NCBI RefSeq assembly: GCF_001194135.2 | Contig: NC_068999.1 | Location: 12,916,239-12,980,238 of the forward strand | DNA length: 64,000 nucleotides | Reading direction: 5' to 3' | Source: Octopus bimaculoides | Taxonomy: Eukaryota | In this document: piece after piece, positions 1-11,915 of the stretch | How positions within the stretch are numbered: position 1 is the first letter of the stretch | How the letters are laid out: the number at the start of each line of letters is the position of its first letter | Position numbers and translations under genes: made by a program | Notes under the pieces: generated by a model | Told to the model about the DNA's origin: nothing | Databases searched by the model: none | Seen by the model: the letters and a program-made list of their open reading frames with translations, nothing else

Positions 1-437
1 AAAATGAATAGAGCAAATGATTGGCTCACATTAATATTCAAGCTGCATCATCTTTTAATTTTTTTTCTGAATATTAGTTTCAAGGAAATACTGTAACAAC
101 AAAGTTGAATTTGTTTTCTCAACAGGATCGATACAGGAGTAGTTTATTTAAAAAATGCAAGGAAGATCCGATTGACACACGATTTTACAAACATCGCTTC
201 ACTAAATAGCACACACTCGATATTGAAATAGAATACACAAAAGTATATTCGTGCACACAGGCATATACACCTTTAATAATGATAAATTAAGTGCTGAATA
301 GGTCCTGACTTTTGGCAAAAAGAAATACAGTAAATATACAGGAGGATCAGTTACTTGTGATTTTATTCAACATATTCCATAATTATAGTTACGCTAACCA
401 TATTAGATGTACATATGTGATGTGTTTATTACACGCC

Positions 438-489
<52 letters not shown>

Positions 490-850
490 GTACATGCACA
501 TATGTGACTTGCCGATGTAAACCAGTATTTGTTACCAGTTTGCTAAAATAAAATGGCTACCAACGGGAACCAAATTCGTCCCCAAGAAAGGATGACCAAC
601 TTGTTCTTTCAAATGTGTTTTCAATGCCAATAAACCTATTGAGATGATACTGTTTTGTGACGTTTTATAACTTCGAATGTGATACACAAATACAAGTATT
701 CAATACAGAATTTTATCATAAATTGATCAATAGCAGAATAGTGGATAAGTGATGCTTCACAGAGACACTCAAACACACGCAAACACAGACACTGACACAG
801 ACACACAGACAGACACTTAAACTCGCACACAATATATATATACATATATA

Positions 851-900
851 CGATGGGCTTCTTCTAGCTTTCATCTACCAAATCCACTCATAAGGCTTTG
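851..900 (-). mobile_element. Fragment of tRNA-derived SINE (same family as 7994-8368), cut by gap
   Basis: cgatgggcttcttctagctttcatctaccaaatccactcataaggctttg is the approximate reverse complement of 8086-8135 (caaagacatgtgagaggatttggttgacggaaactgaaagaaaccagtcg). Confidence 0.6.
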
Positions 901-1040
901 NNNNNNNNNNNNNNNNNNNNNNNNNNNNNNNNNNNNNNNNNNNNNNNNNNNNNNNNNNNNNNNNNNNNNNNNNNNNNNNNNNNNNNNNNNNNNNNNNNNN
1001 NNNNNNNNNNNNNNNNNNNNNNNNNNNNNNNNNNNNNNNN

Positions 1041-1071
<31 letters not shown>

Positions 1072-3065
1072 ATGTATATATAATTATAAACATGTATATT
1101 TGTGTGTGTAATTATATACACTCACAAAAACACAGACAATACACACACACGCGTATGTATATATTTGTGTCTATATGCAGATAACTTGTGATTTGATGTG
1201 TTTCCGTGAAAGTATTTTTTCTCTTCTTTCTAATTTTCCTTTCGAGGTGAAAAAGAGCTTTGAAGTGTATACAGGAGATTTACATCGTTTTTATGTGAAC
1301 TATCATTAAGCGACGGGATTTTTATCTATGTGATATTATCTATAAGATAATATCAATTGGGTTGATATTAAAATAACCGCTTTTACGTTCGATCGTTTCT
1401 CATTAATGTAAACTTCCTTTCCTTTATTACGTCAATTATAGACTTGCACTTAGTCAACATAGCTCATACGATCGATAACATTTTCTAAGCGGTTCATGTT
1501 TCCGAAACTTTGATTGTGTGCAATGTATTTCGCGAGTATTCATTACGATTTGAAGTTCCTTTGGTAGCATTCTGTATTATTTGAACAGAAGAGCTATTTA
1601 TCAACACAAACATTAATCATATTATCACAATTTCTGAAGCTTAATGTCAATCAAAGAACAGTATATACAAATAACAAACAAGTAATATTTGAGTAGGTGT
1701 AGGAGACAAATAGAATGTAAGAATTTGTCGTTCTTGGGGCTATGGTTATATAATTGGGTTTCTGTGTCTTATCTTGATTAAACTGATAAACCTGTAAGCT
1801 TTGGGAGGTTAGGCATAAACAATCGTTAGACCACCGGAATAACATCGAACGAGTAATTGATTACAGATTTTTCCGTTCTTACTTCAAACACAATCGGTGT
1901 CAACTCTGTAATTTACCCAACAAGGAGTCGATTAAATAATGCACAAATCAAATACTGAAGGCAATACAATCGACCAAACTATTCCCGCGTCAGTTCAGGC
2001 ATTGAAACCAGTATTCTATGAATACTAGCCAGAGGATGTGTTGTAGGAATTACAGAAGTTTAAGGATTTTCTCCATAACAATTGTCCCTAGAATCGAAGT
2101 GACAAAAGTAAATATGTTTGCAAAGGACATATAGAGAAATAAAAGATGAGTAATATTATTGTCTTTGTAATCTTATCTCACAATAAAGTGGAAACTGGAA
2201 AACTTCATAAAATTGAGTAAGATCAGAACGTAGGCAGGGACTTGAAGATATTGTGGAAGTCTAAGTTGACATTTGTGCGTTTGTTAGACTTGCCAGGAGA
2301 GCAAAATTGCTACATAATAAACTGAAGTATAATAGCATGTGTATCTGAAGGTAAATGCTGTATTGTTTTCTTCTAGAATCCAACAAAATATGCTTGAAAT
2401 CAGAAGATATGGTGGTGTCGACGATGACGATGACGATGATGACGACCATTGTGTTCAAGTGCGAACGATGGCAGGTGTGACAATGGTATATATTTATTGT
2501 TACAATATATAATGGCACAGAAAATGTCCCTGAAGGGACTTCATTTCCTGTAGATGAACTGGTATAAACGTTGTCAATACAATTAATGTATACGGATTTA
2601 TAAAAGGAGATTTAAATAACATTTAATATTGATATGCTTCCAAGATAGAACCAAGGAAGAGGACTATCATACAGGCCAGTGGTTGAATACTTTTGTAAGA
2701 AAGCGCCGCTGTCCATATTGAGTCAGGTAAATAGAATATGGGACAATATCACGCAAGTGGTTCCAATTTACGCCACAAACTCGATGTAAATAGGATATCG
2801 GTAAAGAAACAAGTTTGTGTGGGGAAAGTTTGTATCTTCATAAACTTTAAATTTGCACCACAACTCATAAGCTCATGTAGTTTTTGCGCTTCATGTATAG
2901 TATCTGTATTTTACCAGTCGAATGGACTATCCCGGTATAATTTCATCAGTATAGTGGAGTTGGTATCTTCAGGTTTCTTGTATTTCTACAGAAATGGTAA
3001 TCAGGAGAATTACATAACCGTATACTTTTACAGTTCTATATCTAAAGGCTGAGAAATTATGCACG

Positions 3066-3166
3066 TTATTTACATTTGACGGATATTTCTTCTCATCTTG
3101 TTTGTTGTTAACACAATGTTTCAGCTGAATCATCCGCTAGCCATCATCAGGTGCCTTGAGGAAATT

Positions 3167-3170
<4 letters not shown>
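3066..3170 (-). repeat. Dispersed repeat (probable PLE terminal repeat) carrying a hammerhead motif, copy 1 of 3
   Basis: The body ttatttacatttgacggatatttcttctcatcttgtttgttgttaacacaa recurs at 45755 and 55631. PLE origin is inferred from the minimal hammerhead motif. Confidence 0.75.
3110..3155 (-). ncRNA. Minimal type I hammerhead ribozyme motif (slightly decayed)
   Basis: Minus strand reads GGCAC CTGATGA T GGCT-agcggatgattc-AGCT GAAAC ATT GTGTT: stem I GGCAC/GTGTT, intact CUGAUGA and GAAA cores, 4-bp stem II. The sister copies have GAAACGTT where this one has GAAACATT. Confidence 0.65.
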
Positions 3171-3211
<41 letters not shown>

Positions 3212-4560
3212 TAAAATGGATAGACAGAGATACACATACACATACAAAAACACACGCACACACACACAGGCATATATATATGTATATNNNNNNNNNNNNN
3301 NNNNNNNNNNNNNNNNNNNNNNNNNNNNNNNNNNNNNNNNNNNNNNNNNNNNNNNNNNNNNTATATAAATTTGTGTGTGTGTGTATACGTATATTTATTA
3401 GTTAAAGAATTCCTTCAGAACCTTATGATATCATTATTTTCCCCTTTCACAAAGAGTGGACAACGTAGTTTTAACACAGACTTAAACCTAGCAACTCAAT
3501 GTCTATAAAAAATAATAAACAAATTGTAACATGTTATTTCCTATTAGTATAATTTCCTGGAAGGAATTATTTGTCTGAGTGCAATTTCCTCTGCAACACT
3601 TATTTCCCCTTATTTGCTTTCCTGATTATGTGTTTGTACATATGCCTTTCCGTCAGTGCATATTTGGGATACACTATGTGTATGTGCTTATGCATGTGTC
3701 TATTGATAGAGGGGATATGCCTATGTAAGTATTAGTCTTTTTCTGGTTATATTATTCTATATTTGATTTTCATTTCCATCTATATTTTATTCTCAAGTAT
3801 TATGTTATTTGGTATAATTCCTATTTGAATATTTCCGTCCGTAAGACATTTATGAATGTATTGTGTATTATTTATAATATTATCGTCTTTCTACATTGCT
3901 ATTTCTCTATATTTTTTGTTTTTATATTCCCCACATATATCTCTTTGCTGTCTTATATAAAATCATATACTCCACAATATTCTAAGAACTTAAATAGAAT
4001 TATATTATTTATTTCTCCCCTGTATATGCAGTATTATAAATGTCTGGTTTGGTACGTTCTTGTGTTTGCCTTATTAATTCTATATGAATGCAATTTATGC
4101 ATCAAAGCTTCCGGCACATCATTTCGTTATTTTTTGATTGAGCGTGAAGTTTCATAAAACTAACACATATGTAAGACATATACAAACATACATACATGAA
4201 GTTGCTCTCTCAGATGCGCGTACACACGCGATGACATATACGCACGGGCCAACACACATGCGCGCGCACTCAAAGCACATAGGCATTTTGTGTAACAATA
4301 GTTGTGCTGAACATTGTATTAAAACTATTTTAAATATTTATTTTTAAGCATCGTTACACTTACACACATTCTATGCTAAAATTACTGAGAGAAAACTCAT
4401 CAAACGTACGGAGATATCAGGTAAATCTGATGAATTTTATGATATAACTTTTTTTTTTCGGGAACATTCGACGGCGTTCGAGAGCACAAAATGAACAATC
4501 GCAGTTGAGATGTTCGTTGACATAGAGGATAGGAAAGCGTTTGAATATTGTGATGGATGT

Positions 4561-4933
4561 TATTGTTGTTGTTGGCACTCCATCGCGGGTTCCAGTTGAT
4601 CCGATCAACGGAGCAGCCTGCTCGAGAAATTAATGTGCAAGTGGCTGAGCACTCCACAGACACGTGTAATCTTAACGTAGTTCTCGGGGATATTTAGCGT
4701 GACACAGTGTGACAAGGCTGACCCTTTGAATTACAGGCACACGAGAAAAACGAAGTAAGAGAAAGTTGTGGTGAAAGATTACAGCAGGGTTCGCCACCAT
4801 CCCCTGCTGGAGCTTCGTGGAGCTTTAGGTGTCTTCGCTCAATAAACACTCACAATGTCCGGTCTGGGAATCGAAACCGCGGTCCTTTGACCACGAGTCC
4901 GCTGCCCTAACCACTGGGCCATTGCGCCTCCAC
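4561..4933 (-). mobile_element. tRNA-derived SINE, near full length, with (AAC)n-like tail
   Basis: Minus-strand head gtggaggcgcaatggcccagtggttagggcagcggactcgtggtcaaaggaccgcggtttcgattcccagaccgg has Pol III A-box (TGGCCCAGTGG) and B-box (GGTTTCGATTCCC) motifs. It ends in aacaacaacaata. Confidence 0.8.
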
Positions 4934-4999
4934 TGTGAAGGATTTGCTTTACGTGCCAGAATGCCAAACTCATGACCGCTGCTCAATGCACTCTGAAAA

Positions 5000-5660
5000 T
5001 TATAAGGTTTGTGAGACGTGACAGGGTGTGCTGCAACAAGTGTACGAAACCCCGGCTAGCAAGAACTGGCATCAGCCTTCTGGCTGTATCCCCAAGCCAG
5101 AATTCATAAAACAACTACGAAACATGTCCTTAATGCTAGAATTCAGACGGCAACGTGAAGCTGCTGGATACTGTGTTGAATTCCTAGCTGGAAAGTTTTA
5201 TTACTCGACGTGCCTGGTATTAGGAATTCAGTTCCTTGTCAAACATTTGGAATGAGTCAACAGCGGTTTGTGTACGACGTCACCAGACACAGTTTCAGGC
5301 CTCGTAATCCCCACAATTATAGCCCTATGCCCATGGACTGCTCTGCGTGGGGAGTTGTTGAGAAAGACTTGAACCAATCGCACTACTTCCAACACCAAGT
5401 CGTACTCTTGGTACATAACACGTTGGTGTCCGAAAATGTTCAGATGGACACAATCTGGAAGGAAAGCACTAGGTTACCAGGGCCGTCTCTTCTGTTTCAT
5501 TGAAAGCTGAATGAGGATACTTTTAAATAAAATGCTATCGCCTAACATTATCTATTAAAATGTTTTTCATTTTTGAAAAAATACTTTGAATATTGGATGG
5601 GATATTTTCTTTTTTTGATTTTATTTCGTGCTAACTGTGAAATTCAACCTGAACTCTGTA
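5000..5660 (+). mobile_element. Decayed Tc1/mariner transposase C-terminal remnant
   Basis: 5255-5380 translates SQQRFVYDVTRHSFRPRNPHNYSPMPMDCSAWGVVEKDLN, resembling the WPPNSPDLNPMDY.VWG.VE motif around the third catalytic residue. The segment ends at ...ctgta-TA. Recognised by eye. Confidence 0.5.
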
Positions 5661-7993
5661 TATATGTAAACACCCCTGCACACATTCCGTTTTTGATAAA
5701 TTATATTGGGTTGAAACAAAACTATTGCTAAACTCTCACAGTTACTTAAAAGATAATGGCTTGTAATTCGTCAAACGTCACAAGACATTTCTCACCTATG
5801 ACTCATTTGTGAAAGGAAGTCGTAACCTGCATGCACTACAACATACGCAACCTGCCTTTCAATCTATTCGTTAGAATTTACATATTTCTGTTATTTCGAT
5901 TATTGTTTATAAATTATCATATTACCTATAACAATATTCCCTCTCCAGATTTAAATAGCATAACACATTCACAGACACGCACAAACAAAATTATACACAC
6001 AGGAAATAATTATTCGTAATTTATTAAAATACGATGAAAGTTAATTGCTATAATTCAAGTTTATGAATATATATGCTTTCTGTCAATTTTGTAAGCTGAA
6101 GTACCTGTGAGAATATGTTTTCTATTGTAGAACTAATTAACTTTTATATGAAAGTTTATGTTATGTAGATTTCATTGTGTAATTGTCACTTATAAATCAA
6201 CAGGTTTCTAAATCTGTATAAGTTTATCGATTGGTATAACATTAGATATGATTATCTCGTCTGGTCGAGCTTAAGGAGACGGGAAATATTCTAATCATTA
6301 TATCTACGTCATTAAATCTATTTTCTGTTTAATTATTTGCATTAATAAGCATAAGTAGAATCAACAGTTGAAAGATATACCCTTTGCAACTATTGCGTAA
6401 GAGGTTCGATACAATTGCTTGGCGTGATAGGCCACTGTCTTTTTGTCCCATAATTTTAGGTCGATACAACAGTTGTGAATGAAAATAGAGGGTAACTATT
6501 TGGACATACGATAATACATACAATTCATCTGTACTTATGAACCAAATTATTAATAGTCTTTCTTATTTATAATACAGTAGTTAGTATTAAATGTTGGATA
6601 ACAAGTGCACGTATATAAGAAATACTTATCCAAATTTAAGAGACGTATGCAGCTACTGGAATTGGGAATTCGAACTCGATGTGGAAGTTCTAAACATTAA
6701 TTTTTCTAGTTAAATTAATAATCACTTTATAAATTTCAAACTCGTACACGTACGATATCCCAATATCCATACCGATATTTCATGGAAAATTCTCACATAT
6801 AGCATGAAGAACAGTGTGGTTCATATATTCCTCGTCTATAGACATTATATCTCAAACAACAGCGCTTTCTAACGCAGTGAAGTAATTATTCGTAATATGT
6901 TTACAGATAAATTATTTCTTTCGTTCACCTCATATATTAAGCTATTGCATTGTTCCTAATTAATGAACCAAACGCATACTATGACATGCGTTAAGCACTG
7001 TAAAACGAATTATCGACTCACATATATATAAAGGGACATATAACAGTTGTTTATAATTATCAGTTAAAACGAATTTTGCTACTGCTGAGGTTAAAATATC
7101 TTATTACGAGGTATTGGACAGGTAACGTTCTAGTAATATATTTCCCCATGTTCAATGCATTGAAGATCAATATGTCAATTAGGAAAACTAACTAGCAAAG
7201 CACCTTTGTCTAACACATAGTGTATGAAACATGTAGTTAAATGCGAAATAATTTCTCGGCCAATAGTACCTAATTTGATCAAACATTCACACGTCACTTA
7301 GGGCATTGAACAATTGAGCAAATCTGCTATGTTCCACATATTTGCGATATTCGAACTAAAATCATCTTTCGTGTTGTTTATATTATTGGATTCTGCCGAA
7401 ACCTATCTACAATACAGTTCGTATTAGTTATGCAATTAGAATAACGTCGACAAAATTGTGTCGTTTTCTTAATCATTTTTAAAAAGTATTTTATCAGTAG
7501 AGTGTTCACACGTAGAGAAATTAATAATTGTCGGATTTGCGAAAACAACGCCATCGTAGTCGTTTCTAAGTGGCTTTTCGAAGGTATATCAGATACGCTG
7601 AGACCAAGGACGGTGAAGGTTACCACTACTATCGTACTCATTTTTTACAGAAAAAGAAAAAAAAAAACCTAATGCACTTAACTATGTTACAACAGCTGCA
7701 GAAAATATCGTTTACCTTTTCCCATTTACTAGTAAAGGTAATGAATATGGTTGTACTATAGACATATACATTCGAGCTAACATTATTTTCGGACACACTC
7801 ATTCGCATAGGAATAACTACTGATATATAGTCAAGCATAGACAACAGAAGGTATGACTACAGAGGTCGTATATATACGAAGAGCATAAACAGCAACTACT
7901 AATGAAACATCTTCTTGTCTGCTCCACCAGATAGAGCAATAATATATCTCATGAAATGCACATTACCATTTATTACATAAAAACAAATAACAT

Positions 7994-8368
7994 GCAGAAG
8001 TGGCTGTGTGGTAAGTGCTTCTGGGTTCGGTCCCACTACGTTGCACCTTGGACAAGTGTCTTCTACTGTAGCGCCGGGGCGCCCAAAGACATGTGAGAGG
8101 ATTTGGTTGACGGAAACTGAAAGAAACCAGTCGTATATATGTATATATGTATATGTATGTGTGTGTGTATGTTTGTGTGTCAGTGTTTGTCCCCCAACAT
8201 CGCTTGACAATCGATGCTGGCGTGTTTACGTACCCTAAACTTAGTGGTTCGGCAAAGGAGACCGGTAGAATAAATACTTACAAAGAATAAGTCCTGGGGT
8301 CGATTTCTTCGACTAAAGGCGGTGCTCCAGCATGGCCGCAGTTAAATGACTGAAACAATTAAAAGAGT
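7994..8368 (+). mobile_element. tRNA-derived SINE (CORE-like) with internal TA/TG microsatellite
   Basis: Head tggctgtgtggtaag...gggttcggtccc, CORE-like gcaccttggacaagtgtcttctactgtagc, internal (TA/TG)n at 8135-8180, tail ...ccagcatggccgcagttaaatgactgaaacaattaaaagag. Partial copies at 851, 43165 and 62830. Confidence 0.8.
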
Positions 8369-10924
8369 ACAACAGAATTCCATAATACTAGAAAAAACAC
8401 AGAATTTCCAAACAGTGCTTGTCTGAAACTCCCAAGAATCCGAACTCGCGTACACGAAGGATTTTCAAATACCCTGACCTAAATATTACCTACCAAAGAG
8501 CAGTAATAATAAGTTTGTATAATTTATACGCCTTCACACGCATTCCATTAATTTCATTCAGGGACGATATGGAGATAAATATAGAAATAATCGACATAGC
8601 AAGAAAGAACATATATTAACGTTCCATAGTAGAGAAAATAGAAGAAAGAAATAGCATTTTAAAACACATCGGAAACGGATTATTGCCTCCGTTACTTCTC
8701 AGCTGCAGGATAAAATTTCTGAAAACGACGTCAAATGAAATGTGAATTTTGTGGCAGGAAAATTAAATAACGTTTCAATAATTTCGTTCAACTCTTTCAT
8801 CGATATGCCAAGGAGCGCAGCTGTTAGTTTTGAGATAAAGAAAGAAAAAAATACTGTTTACTTTGAATCAGAGCTAAGAGAAAAGCTAATTAAAGGCAGA
8901 TCAACGAATGATATTTAAAATTTAATTTTCAGTTAGTGAGGTTTAAATAGCTTGGGTTTTCTCTTTCTTTTTCTTTTGTTCTATTCTTTTATCTTGATTA
9001 TTATTTTTTTCTGTTCTTTTCAATGTTTTCTATTCGCTTTATTTACACTATACTGAAAATTAGTAAGCGTAATGTGTGTGGAAATTAGCTGCACTCTTCT
9101 CTATGTCATAATTATGTTGATATATTGATACGTGCTTAACCAAACGCATACATACATATATACATGTACATATACACACACACTTATATATAATACACAC
9201 GCTGTATACACATACATACACATGCACATAGGCATATACGCATCAGACAAACATAGATATAGGTATACGCATTTGCACGAACATAGTGATACATATGCGA
9301 TGGAGTAAAATAACACTAATCAATTTCTGCTCTTCTACTATCACCTCTCATCCAGGAATTTGAACTTGAAATCGATAACGGTCACATCGATTAAAATGTG
9401 TAGCTCATCTACATTGTGTTGTATTTGTCTCATAAACTAGATCTAAATCGTTTGGTTTCATTACCGTTACACAAGTTAGAAATCAATGAGAAACATGTGT
9501 ATTTTTCGCTCACAATGTCATCTTAGTCAATTATTAGACTTTATCAATGGAAGTACATTTCCAATGCTAAATCCATATTAGACGGAATCGAGTTAATTTG
9601 ATTATTCGAAATATTTACTTCCTCAATCCGAGTTGTTAAAGATTAAACTTCTGCAAGTTTAAACAATATCAAAACTAATCCAAATAAAATTAACCTCTTA
9701 AGCACCCCTTCACAACATACTAGATCGTTTGTACTTTTACGTCAAATTTGAAAAGATGTTTCAGCAAATGTTGAGCGATCGTACACTGTGAATGCTTGTA
9801 CATACATATCTACGATTAAATAAGTAATGACGTATGTACTCTCCTCCATTTGTATATGCATGTATGTATGTATGTATATGTGTATATATATATATATATN
9901 NNNNNNNNNNNNNNNNNNNNNNNNNNNNNNNNNNNNNNNNNNNNNNNNNNNNNNNNNNNNNNNNNNNNNNNNNNNNNNNNNNNNNNNNNNNNNNNNNNNN
10001 NNNNNNNNNNNNNNNNNNNNNNNNNNNNNNNNNNNNNNNNNNNNNNNNNNNNNNNNNNNNNNNNNNNNNNNNNNNNNNNNNNNNNNNNNNNNNNNNNNNN
10101 NNNNNNNNNNNNNNNNNNNNNNNNNNNNNNNNNNNNNNNNNNNNNNNNNNNNNNNNNNNNNNNNNNNNNNNNNNNNNNNNNNNNNNNNNNNNNNNNNNNN
10201 NNNNNNNNNNNNNNNNNNNNNNNNNNNNNNNNNNNNNNNNNNNNNNNNNNNNNNNNNNNNNNNNNNNNNNNNNNNNNNNNNNNNNNNNNNNNNNNNNNNN
10301 NNNNNNNNNNNNNNNNNNNNNNNNNNNNNCGTGGAGGGTAGTGGCGGCCGGAAAAACAAGACAGGAAAACGAAACGGTGAATAAACAAACATGCAAAAAG
10401 GATGTACAGCCAGACGTGAAGTGTGTATGTATTGAACCCTGTGAAGCACGAACAGGAGGGACAAAGAAGTACGTGCGAGCTTCGGGAGTCCAATAACGAA
10501 AAGAAATAGCAGCCGAGAAAGAGAGAAAGATAGCCTAAATGCCAGCTGTTTCTCTAAATGTACATGCCTTATCATAACATGGAATATATTTTATATAATC
10601 TCTGTCTCTGAAGAATTTCCAACAAGTAATTCCATAAACATCTAACATGTATAGCAATGCGATTCTAATATCTATCTAACTACATATCAATTAGCAAATG
10701 AAACACTTGTAACTGTGAATCGATAATGCCAAAAACTTGTAACTTCCTATATAGCACATAAAAAAGTAAAAATGCCAGTGGAAATTTCGAGATATGCTGT
10801 AGGATCGGTGTATTATTTGGCTAACCTTTACACTTTGAAATGAAAAATGACATGGGAAACTAGGCTTACATTTTGGAATAGAGATTTCTTCAGACGCTGG
10901 CCATTAATTAGAGAAAACAACAAG

Positions 10925-10930
10925 GACTGT

Positions 10931-10961
<31 letters not shown>

Positions 10962-11075
10962 GGTACTGCTGCTGCTGCTGCTGGTAGTGGTCGTGGTGGT
11001 GGTGCTACTACTGCTACTACTATTACCACCACTACCAGTATTACTACCTCTACTACAACAACCAACAGCACCACC
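10925..11075. repeat. Compound trinucleotide microsatellite (TAC/TGC/TGG)
   Basis: Direct inspection; it produces the poly-S/T tail of the 10908-11219 ORF. Confidence 0.9.
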
Positions 11076-11084
11076 GGAAACGAC

Positions 11085-11915
11085 ACCATCCTGTTTTACC
11101 ATCGTCTCTTTCTTTGCAACGAGGCGTTGTTTCAGTTCCTGCATTGCCACTTTCATACCCTCTCTGTCAATATCATACTTCCTGTTCAGTGCCATGTATT
11201 TTTGTTCGCTGTTAAGCACCCCATTCCCTTTTCATCCTAATACAGAAGTGTCCTTGAAGAGCATATCTAACCCCGCCTGTATTTTTCTCTTCTACCATGG
11301 AACTTTTATTTTATGACTCCTTTTTTTGTTTTACTTCAACAGCCACATATTCTGCTACATAAATAATTGTTGCCTCGATCAAATTCTTTGTTACTGTCAT
11401 GTTTTTTTGGTACTATGTATTTCAGAATTTCATTCACATTTTTTCATTTCTTGGTTTAAGTTCTACAGATCAACCTTTTTTAGTTTGCAAAAAAATGTCG
11501 TTATCGTTCTCCTGTAACCCTGACTTTATTCTGTCGTAGGTTGCGTTTTGCCCATCTGCCATGTCACCATTAATTTTATTGTCTTATTCCAAACCATCTA
11601 TATGTCTATCATCGAGCAAGTTATCACTGTTCCTTTCCTTTGGTTTATTAGAATTGTCACCTCTGATTTCTGCTATCAGAGTAATTTTATCAGTAGGAAC
11701 TGTATTTTCATCGACTCCTCTGTTGCTGATTCCCAATACCAGTCTTTTGATAGATTTGAGCTCTACTTCTTTGAGCCAACAATTTTTTCTAATTGCTCTA
11801 GCTATTGATCATATTATCTCTGTTGCGTGAGCTGAAACCATCCTCTTTCACTCCATTGATCCTACATACGGTGTCCGTATCCATTAGGATGATCACCATT
11901 TTCGTCTACAGGTTA
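11085..11915 (-). mobile_element. R4/Dong-like non-LTR retrotransposon, N-terminal ORF region, decayed
   Basis: Across frameshifts and stops the minus strand reads PVDENGDHPNGYGHRM*DQWSERGWFQLTQQR, ARAIRKNCWLKEVELKSIKR, PW*KRKIQAGLDML and LNRKYDIDREGMKVAMQELKQRLVAK. These motifs are typical of the pre-RT region of R4/Dong (RLE) elements. Confidence 0.75.

Noticed and set aside
2377-2474. Candidate exon (ttcttctag...GCAG/gtgtga) encoding IQQNMLEIRRYGGVDDDDDDDDHCVQVRTMA
   Set aside because: The acidic run is a GAT/GAC microsatellite common in this DNA; no recognisable homology or partner exon.
4860-4933. tRNA gene
   Set aside because: It is the tRNA-derived head of a SINE, continuing into SINE body and tail.
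5100-5229. CRISPR array
   Set aside because: The repeat is only 6-7 bp, the context is eukaryotic, and no cas genes are present.
10908-11219. 103-aa coiled-coil-looking ORF as a host gene
   Set aside because: The N-terminal half is R4/Dong ORF sequence and the rest is a trinucleotide microsatellite.
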